From Aureliella sp. (GTDB taxonomy: Bacteria > Planctomycetota > Planctomycetia > Pirellulales > Pirellulaceae), in NCBI GenBank assembly GCA_963691875.1, contig OY829846.1, positions 576,001 through 640,000 of the forward strand: a stretch of 64,000 nt of DNA. Reading direction: 5' to 3'. The notes below the pieces were generated by a model, which was not told the origin of the DNA, ran no database searches, and worked only from the letters and a program-made list of their open reading frames with translations. The translations under genes were made by a program, and so were the position numbers. Positions 10,906-19,224 of this stretch are shown here, one piece after another. Position 1 is the stretch's first letter; every line of letters starts with the position of its first letter.

Positions 10906-11437
10906 CGACAAGACGGCTCTGAATGAGTTTGCGATGCAAACGCTCGATTACCGGGCGTTGGAAGATTCGGGGGTTAGCATGTGGGCGAGCTTCCAGGATT
11001 GTCCGCTGGGCTTCTTCCAATGCTTGGTTACCGAAGCGAACAAGCCACCAAAGAACAATGGTAGCACTACGAGCTCTTCCCGCCTTGCAGTGCACGTAGA
11101 CCTTTCCGCCCGATTCGGTATGTCGCTGGATGAATTCAGCTCCCGCCTCAACCGACTCTTCGCTTGGGTGATGAAAGTCGGTGGTTGGAATCCAAAGTTG
11201 TTCGATCCCGAGTCGCTCGTACTCCGCGATCGGACCGCGCATTTCTTCGCAAGTATTGACGACGCCGGTGACTCCCAAGTCTGAGAATCGCTGCGGATCA
11301 CCTGGCAGCGGCCTGGCACCCAGAATTAGGTGGTCGTTGATCGGATCCCACCATCGACGAACATGTAAGACACGTCCAAGCAGGAAGTTATACCCGAGAG
11401 TCGGGTAGTAGATGGCTCGGGCAATCCAAGCTTTCAT
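10892..11437 (-). CDS. PTPMT1-like dual-specificity phosphatase (probable phosphatidylglycerophosphate phosphatase)
   Basis: YYPTLGYN N-terminus, RRWWD, VYVHCKAGRARSAT CX5R loop, all characteristic of PTPMT1. Confidence 0.85.
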   Translation of the reverse strand: MKAWIARAIYYPTLGYNFLLGRVLHVRRWWDPINDHLILGARPLPGDPQRFSDLGVTGVVNTCEEMRGPIAEYERLGIEQLWIPTTDFHHPSEESVEAGAEFIQRHTESGGKVYVHCKAGRARSATIVLWWLVRFGNQALEEAQRTILEARPHANPRIFQRPVIERLHRKLIQSRLVDDGI

Positions 11438-11477
11438 GACAACTCTTTAAGTGTGCTAGCCGTCCAAGCTTGCGAAC

Positions 11478-12071
11478 TTAGGCAGTTCCCGCCGGATTGA
11501 AGTACTCGGGCTCTGCGCCTTGCTTCCACTTGATGTTGCAACCAATCGAAGGTTTTTGTGGCTCGGCGACACACTCTCCAGCTAGCATCGCATCCAGTGC
11601 GGCTCTCAGGTCCTTGCCGTCCGGTACGCTTCCTTCTTTAGGACGCGAGTCATCAAGCTGCCCTCGATAGACTAGTTTTAGCTCTGCGTCGAACAGGTAG
11701 AAGTCCGGCGTGCAAGCGGCACGGTATGCCTGAGCCACGGTCTGATCGTCGTCGACCAAGTAAGGGAAGTTGTACCCCTGTTCAGCCGCTTCCGTCTTCA
11801 TGAGCTCTGGTGCGTCGTCTGGATAGTTCTCTACATCGTTGCTGCTTATCCCGACAACGGCAACGTCCTTGCTGGTGTAATCGTTCGCTAGGCGAGCAAG
11901 CTCAGGTGCCACGTGCTTTACATAAGGGCAGTGGTTGCACATGAAGATGACGAGCAAACCCTTCTTCGTTCGGAAGTCATTGAGGCTTACCGTTTTGCCA
12001 TCAAAGTCCGGCAAGGAAAAGTCCGGGGCAGCTGTCCCGAGTGGCAACATCGTACTGGCAGTTCGAACCAT
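11478..12071 (-). CDS. Thioredoxin-fold peroxiredoxin-like protein (AhpC/TSA, PRX_like1)
   Basis: APDFSLP, CNHCPYV, AACTPDF, YRGQLDDSRP, SIGCNIKW. Confidence 0.92.
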   Translation of the reverse strand: MVRTASTMLPLGTAAPDFSLPDFDGKTVSLNDFRTKKGLLVIFMCNHCPYVKHVAPELARLANDYTSKDVAVVGISSNDVENYPDDAPELMKTEAAEQGYNFPYLVDDDQTVAQAYRAACTPDFYLFDAELKLVYRGQLDDSRPKEGSVPDGKDLRAALDAMLAGECVAEPQKPSIGCNIKWKQGAEPEYFNPAGTA

Positions 12072-12119
12072 CCATCCTTCTCCTGAGCTCAAAAACCGAC
12101 GGAAGAGTGCTTTCCAGGG

Positions 12120-12404
12120 CTATTCAGTGCGGCTTGTGATTTCCAGCAAGTGGTAGCCGAACTGCGTCTGGACTGGACCGTGCACCGTGTTTATTTCGCC
12201 GCTGAAGACCACTTCATCAAACTCGCGAACCATCTGTCCTGGCCCGAACTCACCAAGCTCGCCGCCATTGGCTCCAGACGGGCAGGACGAGTTTTCGGCT
12301 GCGACTGCGGCAAAATCAGCTCCGCCTTCGATCTGTGATTTCAATTCCAAACAGCGCTCTTCGCTGTCAACCAGAATGTGTCGTGCTGAGGCTTTCTTGG
12401 CCAT
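12120..12404 (-). CDS. ppiC: Parvulin-type peptidyl-prolyl cis-trans isomerase
   Basis: ASARHILV, SSCPSG..GGELGEF.PGQMV.EFD, TQFGYHLL. Confidence 0.93.
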   Translation of the reverse strand: MAKKASARHILVDSEERCLELKSQIEGGADFAAVAAENSSCPSGANGGELGEFGPGQMVREFDEVVFSGEINTVHGPVQTQFGYHLLEITSRTE

Positions 12405-12711
12405 CATTCTTCTCCGAGAAAAGTTATCTTTCCGCGGATAATCTAACACCAGTCGAGTCGCCGCGATAGGTCCAGTCCTAACGCGTGGTCCTATATGGCT
12501 AAGTCGGTCCAATCTCGCCTCGTCCAAAGCTGGCCCAGTCGATTTTACCGCTTCTGTCCTACTCTCGCGAACTAACTGAATTGCAGCCGCTCAAAATCGC
12601 CACAATCGCTAATCTCGCAATCAAGGATGAACCAACGCGCTGCTCTGGGGGTGTATTTCACATCCACGCCGCATCGCACGATCTAGAGTTCGGCATCGCA
12701 AATCCGTAGAT

Positions 12712-13734
12712 ATGTCGCGTCCCCGACCGCGAGCCATGAATTACGCAACTGATCCAGAATCAATCGTCATACTTATCCTCAGCTGTCTTACAGCCTTGGC
12801 TGTAGGAGGTTTGGTGGGATTTCTTAGTGGCCGCTGTTTTACGCTTCTGCATGAGCCCCGTCAGCTACGCAAAGACCGTGAGAGAACTCTGGAAGCACTC
12901 ACGTCTTTGCTTAGCAGCACACATAAGCTCAACGAGGATGTTGACGTTCACAATGCGGCTCTGGTTGAGGCTGAACGTGATCTGTCTGCAATTCAAGCTG
13001 ATGGCGATGTCGAGAATCTCCAGTCCCGCTTGCTTACCGACATCACTTCAATGGTGCAGTCGAATCGAAAGTTGGAAAACGAGTTGGTACAAAGCCGTTA
13101 CCAGCTTGAAAAACAAGCGGAAGAGCTCGACAAACGCAAGAGAGAAGCGAGGACCGATGGTCTTTGCCAAGTGGGGAACCGCAAAGCCTTTGATGAGGCT
13201 ATGCAATACCTGATGTCTAAGATGATGGCCAAGGGCCGCTGCTTTGCCCTGATGTTGATCGATGTTGATAAATTTAAGCGGATTAACGATACATTCGGGC
13301 ATTCCGCTGGTGACGGAGTACTTGTAGAAATTGGCGACGCATTGAAATCGAGTGTTCGGCCTGGTGATATTGTCTGTCGACTTGGCGGCGACGAATTCGC
13401 TGTTTTGCTGGACAACACCAGCGAAGAAGAAGTGGCTCTTGTTGGCTCTCGCATCCGTGCCTACATCGAAAACCTTGATTTCGTGGTCGGAGATCAGAAC
13501 GAAACGACGGTCGTCACCATGAGCATGGGTCTCACGTCAGTTCGAGAGAACGATTCTCCAAGGACGATTTACGATCGTGCAGACGAGGCGTTATACGAGT
13601 CGAAGACTCAAGGTCGCAATCGTTTGACGATGCGGTTGAGCTACAAAGTGGAAGAGGTCGAACAGGAGGAACTCGAGCAAAAGAGCTACGAGGAACTCAA
13701 GGCCGAGATAATGGCTCAAGGCCAAACCACATAA
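12712..13734 (+). CDS. Membrane-anchored diguanylate cyclase (TM + coiled coil + GGDEF)
   Basis: DVDKFKRINDTFGHSAGD, RPGD I-site, RLGGDEF, ADEALYESK..GRN. Confidence 0.93.
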   Translation: MSRPRPRAMNYATDPESIVILILSCLTALAVGGLVGFLSGRCFTLLHEPRQLRKDRERTLEALTSLLSSTHKLNEDVDVHNAALVEAERDLSAIQADGDVENLQSRLLTDITSMVQSNRKLENELVQSRYQLEKQAEELDKRKREARTDGLCQVGNRKAFDEAMQYLMSKMMAKGRCFALMLIDVDKFKRINDTFGHSAGDGVLVEIGDALKSSVRPGDIVCRLGGDEFAVLLDNTSEEEVALVGSRIRAYIENLDFVVGDQNETTVVTMSMGLTSVRENDSPRTIYDRADEALYESKTQGRNRLTMRLSYKVEEVEQEELEQKSYEELKAEIMAQGQTT

Positions 13735-13975
13735 ATCTCAGAGGTGACTCGGGCTGAAACGCAAATTCCGACCCCCTACCGCACCTCGAGTGGGTCTCCA
13801 ATCTCACCGAAATCAGCCATCTGAGTCGGAATTTTGTCCGTTCTGCGAAGTTTTTTTGTCTTCCCGCACACCTCCTGACGATTTTTTTGTATTCTCAAGG
13901 GGAGTCGCAAAAACCCTACCAATGCTATCCCGCTCGGGACAAGCATCTTCTATCTCACCAAATTGGAGATTAATA

Positions 13976-14446
13976 ATGTTTCGACGCTTTTTCCTTCCCG
14001 CTGCTGTGTTCTGCTTCGGTATGGCTGCTTTCGCCGTTGCTGCTGCTCCAGAAGACGCACTGAAGGGCGTTAAGTGCCTGATGGTTGCAAAGAAGGGCGC
14101 GAATGCCGCACAGTCTGCAGAATGGAAGAAGGGCAAAGTCTACTTTTGCTGCGGTGGCTGCAAAGGCAAGTTTGAGAAGATGGACGACAAGGCCAAGTCG
14201 AAGCTGGCTGCGGCGGCCAACCACCAGCTTGTTGCAACCAATCAGTATGTTCAGAAGGCATGTCCAATCTCTGGTGGCAAGCTGAATGACGCTCAAAGCA
14301 TCACCGTCAATGGCGCCAAAGTCAGCTTCTGCTGCGGCAACTGCAAGGCCAAGGCTGAAAAGATGGACGCCAAGGACCAAGTTGCTGAGCTGTTCAGCGA
14401 GGCAGCTTTCAAGAAATCTAAGTACGAGCCAGCTAAGAAGAGCTAG
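13976..14446 (+). CDS. Exported Cys-rich protein with two YHS/TRASH-like repeats
   Basis: Signal peptide; KCL..VYFCCGGCKGKF and ACPISG..VSFCCGNCKAK; GGAG RBS upstream. Confidence 0.75.
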   Translation: MFRRFFLPAAVFCFGMAAFAVAAAPEDALKGVKCLMVAKKGANAAQSAEWKKGKVYFCCGGCKGKFEKMDDKAKSKLAAAANHQLVATNQYVQKACPISGGKLNDAQSITVNGAKVSFCCGNCKAKAEKMDAKDQVAELFSEAAFKKSKYEPAKKS

Positions 14447-14505
14447 CCTGCACTTTCGAAACCTCGCTTACGTGAGTAACAAAATGCGAGGAACTAAGGA
14501 GTTTC

Positions 14506-14540
14506 AAAACACGAGTCGTGTACGCGGTTCGTGTTTTTTT
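14506..14540. terminator. Probable bidirectional intrinsic terminator between convergent genes
   Basis: AAAACACGA...TCGTGTTTT inverted repeat with T7 tail. Confidence 0.6.
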
Positions 14541-14585
14541 AGGCGCTCGTTGCACATCTCCTATTCAAATTCCCGCAAGCAAGCG

Positions 14586-15269
14586 TCAAGCGATAGCTCT
14601 CCAGGCGTACAAAGTTCCAAGAATCGTTTGCATATGAAACAGCTCCTGGACATCCTGAAAGCCAGCTGTCTCCAGCAAGTGTGGTAACCGACCCGTTGCA
14701 TTATCAGCCGTTTGCCGCCAACCATCCAAACTACGGACCACGAGAAAGCCTGTTGCGGCCAGAATGTGCGAAGGACGACCGTAATCCATCAGATACAGCG
14801 AGCTTCCAGGCCGGAGGATGCGTCGGAGCTCACCAAGCGTGCCTTTCTTTTCTTCCGCTGTAAGGTGATGAAAGACAAGCGAGCAGGTGCATGCATCGAA
14901 AAAGTTGGATGCATGGGGTAACCTTGGTCCGTGATGACAAAGTAAGTCGATGCTTGCAGAATATCGATCGTATGCATGCTCCAACTTCGATTCGGCTTGG
15001 CGAAGAATTCTTTCGTCTGCGTCAACACCAACAAAGCGTAAGCCACCGTAACCCAGTCTCTTCGCACGATCAGCCATGGCGGAAAGCAGTGTGCCACTAC
15101 CACAGCCGAAATCAAGAACCTGCTGGTTGGATTCAAATTCGATTTCCTCCAACAGCAACTGCTTCGACCTTCCCTCGCGAGTGCATAATGCGACCAACGG
15201 ATCGTATAGCGGCAAAAGCCAGTGTACGCCCGTCGCCGGCACAAACGAAGATTTTGCTAAACGCCGCAA
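14586..15269 (-). CDS. Class I SAM-dependent methyltransferase (UbiE/Methyltransf_11-like)
   Basis: LLPLYD, VLDFGCGSG, CSLVFHHL, RRILRPG. Confidence 0.88.
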   Translation of the reverse strand: MRRLAKSSFVPATGVHWLLPLYDPLVALCTREGRSKQLLLEEIEFESNQQVLDFGCGSGTLLSAMADRAKRLGYGGLRFVGVDADERILRQAESKLEHAYDRYSASIDLLCHHGPRLPHASNFFDACTCSLVFHHLTAEEKKGTLGELRRILRPGSSLYLMDYGRPSHILAATGFLVVRSLDGWRQTADNATGRLPHLLETAGFQDVQELFHMQTILGTLYAWRAIA

Positions 15270-15465
15270 AGGGAATTAACGTTACGAGAGACAGGTAGAT
15301 GGGGAACTGTTTCCGCCGAGCAGTGAGAATACGATATCGTGAGCTGCTCAACGCTTTAAGCGCGAACTAAGGCGGCTGCTCTCGCATCATAGGTAGTTAG
15401 CTTAACTTGCCAATCCACGAAGAGTCTTGCACGAAAGAATGGTTAGTACTTCGCGCCAGCCTTGA

Positions 15466-16923
15466 TTGACATATATCGTGGTAGGGGTGTACTCGTCGAC
15501 AAGCCTCTTTTCACGAGTGGTTGAAAGAAAGACGCGTGCGAGACCTGGTTTTGGACAATCACAAGACGGAAAAGTATTGAGCGGCTCGGAAGTAGAAGAA
15601 GCCCGCGGACCTGAGACGCTCCGAACGGCTGCGTTGGAGATAGAAGCCAATGGATCGCAGCCAGTGGTCGCCAAGGAGGACCTTGCAAAGCCTTTTGCGC
15701 CACTGAAGATACCACTCTTTCGTAGCTTCTGGATCGCAGGGCTGATTTCGAACCTCGGAACATGGATGCATGAAACTGGTGCTCAATGGTTGATGACTTC
15801 GCTTGTGCCAAGTCCCGAGATGGTTTCCGCCGTTCGAACCTCAATGACCATTCCGATCTTCTTTCTGGCTTTACCCGCCGGAGTATGGGCAGATCGGTTC
15901 GACCGCAGGAAATGGCTACTTGGTACCCAGACTGTCCTGCTTTTGATTGCTACTCTGATTGCAGCTCTCGCCTACATGCAGTGGATGTCGCCTTGGCTAC
16001 TTCTTGTGCTAACGGCGGCAATGGGAATCGGAATGATTTTGAATCAGCCGGCGTGGCAGTCACTTACACCAGAGCTAGTTCCCCCAGCCCTGGTTCCCTC
16101 GGCGGTCTCAGTCGGCAGTATTTCCTTTAACTTGGCACGATCTCTCGGACCACTGCTTGCAGGATTTCTCGTTGCAGTAGTCGGCATATGGTGCCCCTTT
16201 GTTTTCAACGCCGTTTCCTTCCTCGCGGTGATAGTGGTTTTGCTCTCCTGGAGGGAATCAGCGAGTGAAAGCGAGACGAAAGAGAAAGCACAACCAAGAG
16301 CGCGAAGTAAGCCGCGATTTTGGGATGAGCTGCGAAAGGGGCTGTTCGTTGTTCGCAACTCCAAAGAACTACGGAATGTCCTTCTGAGAGTTTTTATGTT
16401 TGCTATGCCTGCCAGCATTTTGTGGAGCTTGCTTCCGCTCGTTGCGACTGAAAAGCTTGGATTCAAGGAACTCGGTTTCGGTTTCTGTTTCGGCGTTATC
16501 GGAGCTGGGGCAGTCGCTGGGGCAGTTGTGCTTCCATACCTGCGAACCAAGCTATCGAGCGAGTTAATTGTGCTCGCCGCCCAACTCTTGTTTGCCGCAC
16601 TCATCATGCTGATTGGTGCCACTACAAGTGCAGTTGTGATCGTGCCTGCGTTGACCCTGATCGGAACTTGCTGGATGGCATCTATGACAACCTTCAATGC
16701 AACTGCGCAAGTGTATTTGCCGCGCACGTTTCGGGCTCGGGGAATGTCGGCCTTCATGATGTCCTTTGCGCTGGCCATTGCCCTTGGTTCACAGATCTGG
16801 GGTTGGCTGGCTTACGGGACAAGCCTGAGTTGGGCCTACATTGCAGCGGGCTGCCTAATGGTTTTAGCATGTATTGCGGCTCATCCTTTGCAGATTGGCT
16901 CTTTGCAACTTGCCGAGAATTAG
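15466..16923 (+). CDS. MFS transporter (MFS_3 / transmembrane secretion effector); start may lie further downstream
   Basis: FRSFWIAGLISNLGTWM, ADRFDRRK, FNLARSLGP; about 12 TM segments. Confidence 0.9.
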   Translation: MTYIVVGVYSSTSLFSRVVERKTRARPGFGQSQDGKVLSGSEVEEARGPETLRTAALEIEANGSQPVVAKEDLAKPFAPLKIPLFRSFWIAGLISNLGTWMHETGAQWLMTSLVPSPEMVSAVRTSMTIPIFFLALPAGVWADRFDRRKWLLGTQTVLLLIATLIAALAYMQWMSPWLLLVLTAAMGIGMILNQPAWQSLTPELVPPALVPSAVSVGSISFNLARSLGPLLAGFLVAVVGIWCPFVFNAVSFLAVIVVLLSWRESASESETKEKAQPRARSKPRFWDELRKGLFVVRNSKELRNVLLRVFMFAMPASILWSLLPLVATEKLGFKELGFGFCFGVIGAGAVAGAVVLPYLRTKLSSELIVLAAQLLFAALIMLIGATTSAVVIVPALTLIGTCWMASMTTFNATAQVYLPRTFRARGMSAFMMSFALAIALGSQIWGWLAYGTSLSWAYIAAGCLMVLACIAAHPLQIGSLQLAEN

Positions 16924-17007
16924 TCGTAAGCCGGCGAAGCGAGGATTGGACGTTTTTCAGTCAGCATGAAGAAAGCGTAGAAACCAGCTAGGCTACGACG
17001 GCTATTA

Positions 17008-17037
17008 TTGACTTTTAGACAAGAAATATGGGATACT
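17008..17037 (+). promoter_or_regulatory. Putative sigma70 promoter upstream of infC
   Basis: TTGACT-N18-GATACT with TGn extended -10. Confidence 0.4.
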
Positions 17038-17253
17038 GGGGAATTACCCGCAGTATAGGGGGCGATAAGCCTCCCTAGAATGCAATACTCACCAAGAGTG
17101 CTCTCTCAGTAGGCTAGGCGTAATCGAGTCATTTCTGGAATGCCGCCTCAGCATTTTGAGAAGCACTTGTAGAGCTTTTCGACAGTAGTCGATGGACGGC
17201 TACCTCCTCTCTTATTCTGAGGGAGAAATTTGTCTCCGAGTTCTTATTCCTAA

Positions 17254-17814
17254 TTGACAGGGGGAATTTACAACAACGTGCCACCGCCAAGACACCGTTC
17301 AAACGAGAGGAACCAAGATCAGACTCGTATTAACAACAACATTAGAGAGCGACAGGTCCGCGTAATCAGCGCGGATGGTGAGCAGCTGGGGATTCTGCCC
17401 ATTGATGCTGCCCTAGAGAAAGCACAGGAAGTTGGGCTGGATCTAGTTGAAGTCGCGGCCAATTCAAAACCGCCTGTTTGTCGAATCATGGATTACGGCA
17501 AATACAAGTACGAGAAGAGCAAAAAGAAACAGAGCTCTTCCTCTGGCAGCCACGGCAAGCTGAAGGAGATTCGCTTGCGTCCCAAGACGGGTGACCACGA
17601 CATTGACTTCAAGGTGAAGCAAGCAGTCGGTTTCCTGAAGCATAAAGACAAAGTGCAAGTCTCAGTTATTTTCCGAGGCCGGGAGATGGCACACATCGAA
17701 GAAGGCCGGCGTGTAATGGAAGGCGTTTTGGAAGAACTGCTTGAGCACGGGAAGCTGGAGTCGAATCCACAGCAGATGGGCAAGCGGATGATGGCAACGG
17801 TGTCTCCGAAGTAA
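17254..17814 (+). CDS. infC: Translation initiation factor IF-3 (non-ATG start; GTG at 17278 is a candidate)
   Basis: [41 protein letters not shown]. Confidence 0.97.
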   Translation: MTGGIYNNVPPPRHRSNERNQDQTRINNNIRERQVRVISADGEQLGILPIDAALEKAQEVGLDLVEVAANSKPPVCRIMDYGKYKYEKSKKKQSSSSGSHGKLKEIRLRPKTGDHDIDFKVKQAVGFLKHKDKVQVSVIFRGREMAHIEEGRRVMEGVLEELLEHGKLESNPQQMGKRMMATVSPK

Positions 17815-17885
17815 GAGCGTGATTTTCACCGCTTGGCATTGACTACAGATTGGTGACCCGAAGCATAGAAACAATACGATTCGAT

Positions 17886-17914
17886 AAGGGCGTAGCACTG
17901 GTGCTACGCCCTTT
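17886..17914 (+). terminator. Intrinsic terminator after infC
   Basis: Perfect hairpin AAGGGCGTAGCAC-TG-GTGCTACGCCCTT followed by pyrimidines. Confidence 0.75.
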
Positions 17915-18058
17915 CTCGTTTCGGGAGAAAGCCCTTCCTCGACCGTGTCTTGAGCCGGTCTCGATGTTTCCCTGACATGAGCCCACAAAGCCTCAAATTC
18001 ACGTTGACTGTTTTATTCCGGTAGAAGGGGGATGTTCATCCTGAAAGTCTCGGATTGA

Positions 18059-18364
18059 ATGCAGGGGGTTCGCAAGAACCGACCAAGCTGGACGGCTTCT
18101 GCTATCGAAAATCCATTCGAATCTCCGTCCGTAACTCCCGAGCCGGTAACTAACGTATACCCTGTTCCGAGAATTGTCCTCGCTGCAATCAATTTCGAAG
18201 TAGCAGTGCTCTTCGCCATCTCGATCGTAATTAGTTTCATCGCACCTAAAACGCCGCGACCATTTTTCGGCGGCATCTTGTTCGCTAAACCAATAGCTTG
18301 GTTAGCGATTCGCAAGTGGATCGTTCTCTATCACCATCGTGCTTCAACGGAACGCGAACTTTAG
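18059..18364 (+). CDS. Small hypothetical membrane protein
   Basis: ENPFESP motif common in planctomycete membrane proteins, followed by two hydrophobic segments. Confidence 0.4.
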   Translation: MQGVRKNRPSWTASAIENPFESPSVTPEPVTNVYPVPRIVLAAINFEVAVLFAISIVISFIAPKTPRPFFGGILFAKPIAWLAIRKWIVLYHHRASTEREL

Positions 18365-18631
18365 ATTGCTAACCTTGCCGGTGGAAAACTAACCGCTTTG
18401 GGGCTCGTTGTAAATCTTGGAAAGACGCAATCTGGTGACAAACAATCAGTATAGAAATTGCGATCTGGCTTGCGCTGATTGGCAGCACAATCACTTTATA
18501 TCTCCTTGTGTCTAGTTGGTGTCTTTACGATGGATGCGTTCTAACAACCACAACTCTTGGTGGCGGTTCTGATTTGGGGTTCCTTTACCCAGGAGTCTGT
18601 ATCCCGCTCAGGTACGACCGGTCACTTACAA

Positions 18632-18730
18632 CCCACTCTCCTTCGAGAGAGTCGCGGATAATGCGAGCGGAGAGGGGCCGATACAGCCTTTCATGGCTGA
18701 GGGAACCCGGCCCTCCTGCAAGCGGGGGCG
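18632..18730. repeat. Degenerate REP-like element
   Basis: CTCTCC-TTCG-AGAGAG hairpin, GGAGAGGGG and CCCGGCCCTCC..GGGGG in a ~0.8 kb non-coding gap. Confidence 0.35.
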
Positions 18731-19224
18731 CAAGGTCGAAAACCCATAATTTCCAAAAGCGTCAGCAAGGCAATGATACTAATGCTACGAATTGTAAGTT
18801 CGGTTGCAGATTCTGCATGTCGTTCAGGTGGTCATCAAGGGATTGCCGGGAGATATACACGCCAATGCGCGAATTTCGCGTAGCTGATGGCTGTTATAAG
18901 AAGTGCCAGCTTTTTGCTCTTGGTCTGGCATTTATGCTGTATGACCACATTTTCTGCCCGAAGACCCATGGTGATTCAGCTCATTGAAACAGCAGCGGCA
19001 AGCAGTGGATGGCTGGGAACGCATCGCTATGTAGAGCGTGACAGAAAGCGGTTTTGCATGGGTGTTACGTCTGATTAAACGCAGGCTACTCCGTTTGACG
19101 ACAATGGGGTGAATTCTGTTGAGTAAAGCAGTAAAGTAGAATGCCTGGCAAAGTACCACTTCCAAGCCCATTCGATCCGCGAGATCGTTGATCGGAGAAT
19201 GTCGCGCAGCTATCAGGTCACGTC

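Noticed and set aside
18508..19171. ORFs 18508-18987, 18887-19078 and 18932-19171
   Set aside because: No motifs, atypical composition, and one spans a REP-like element.
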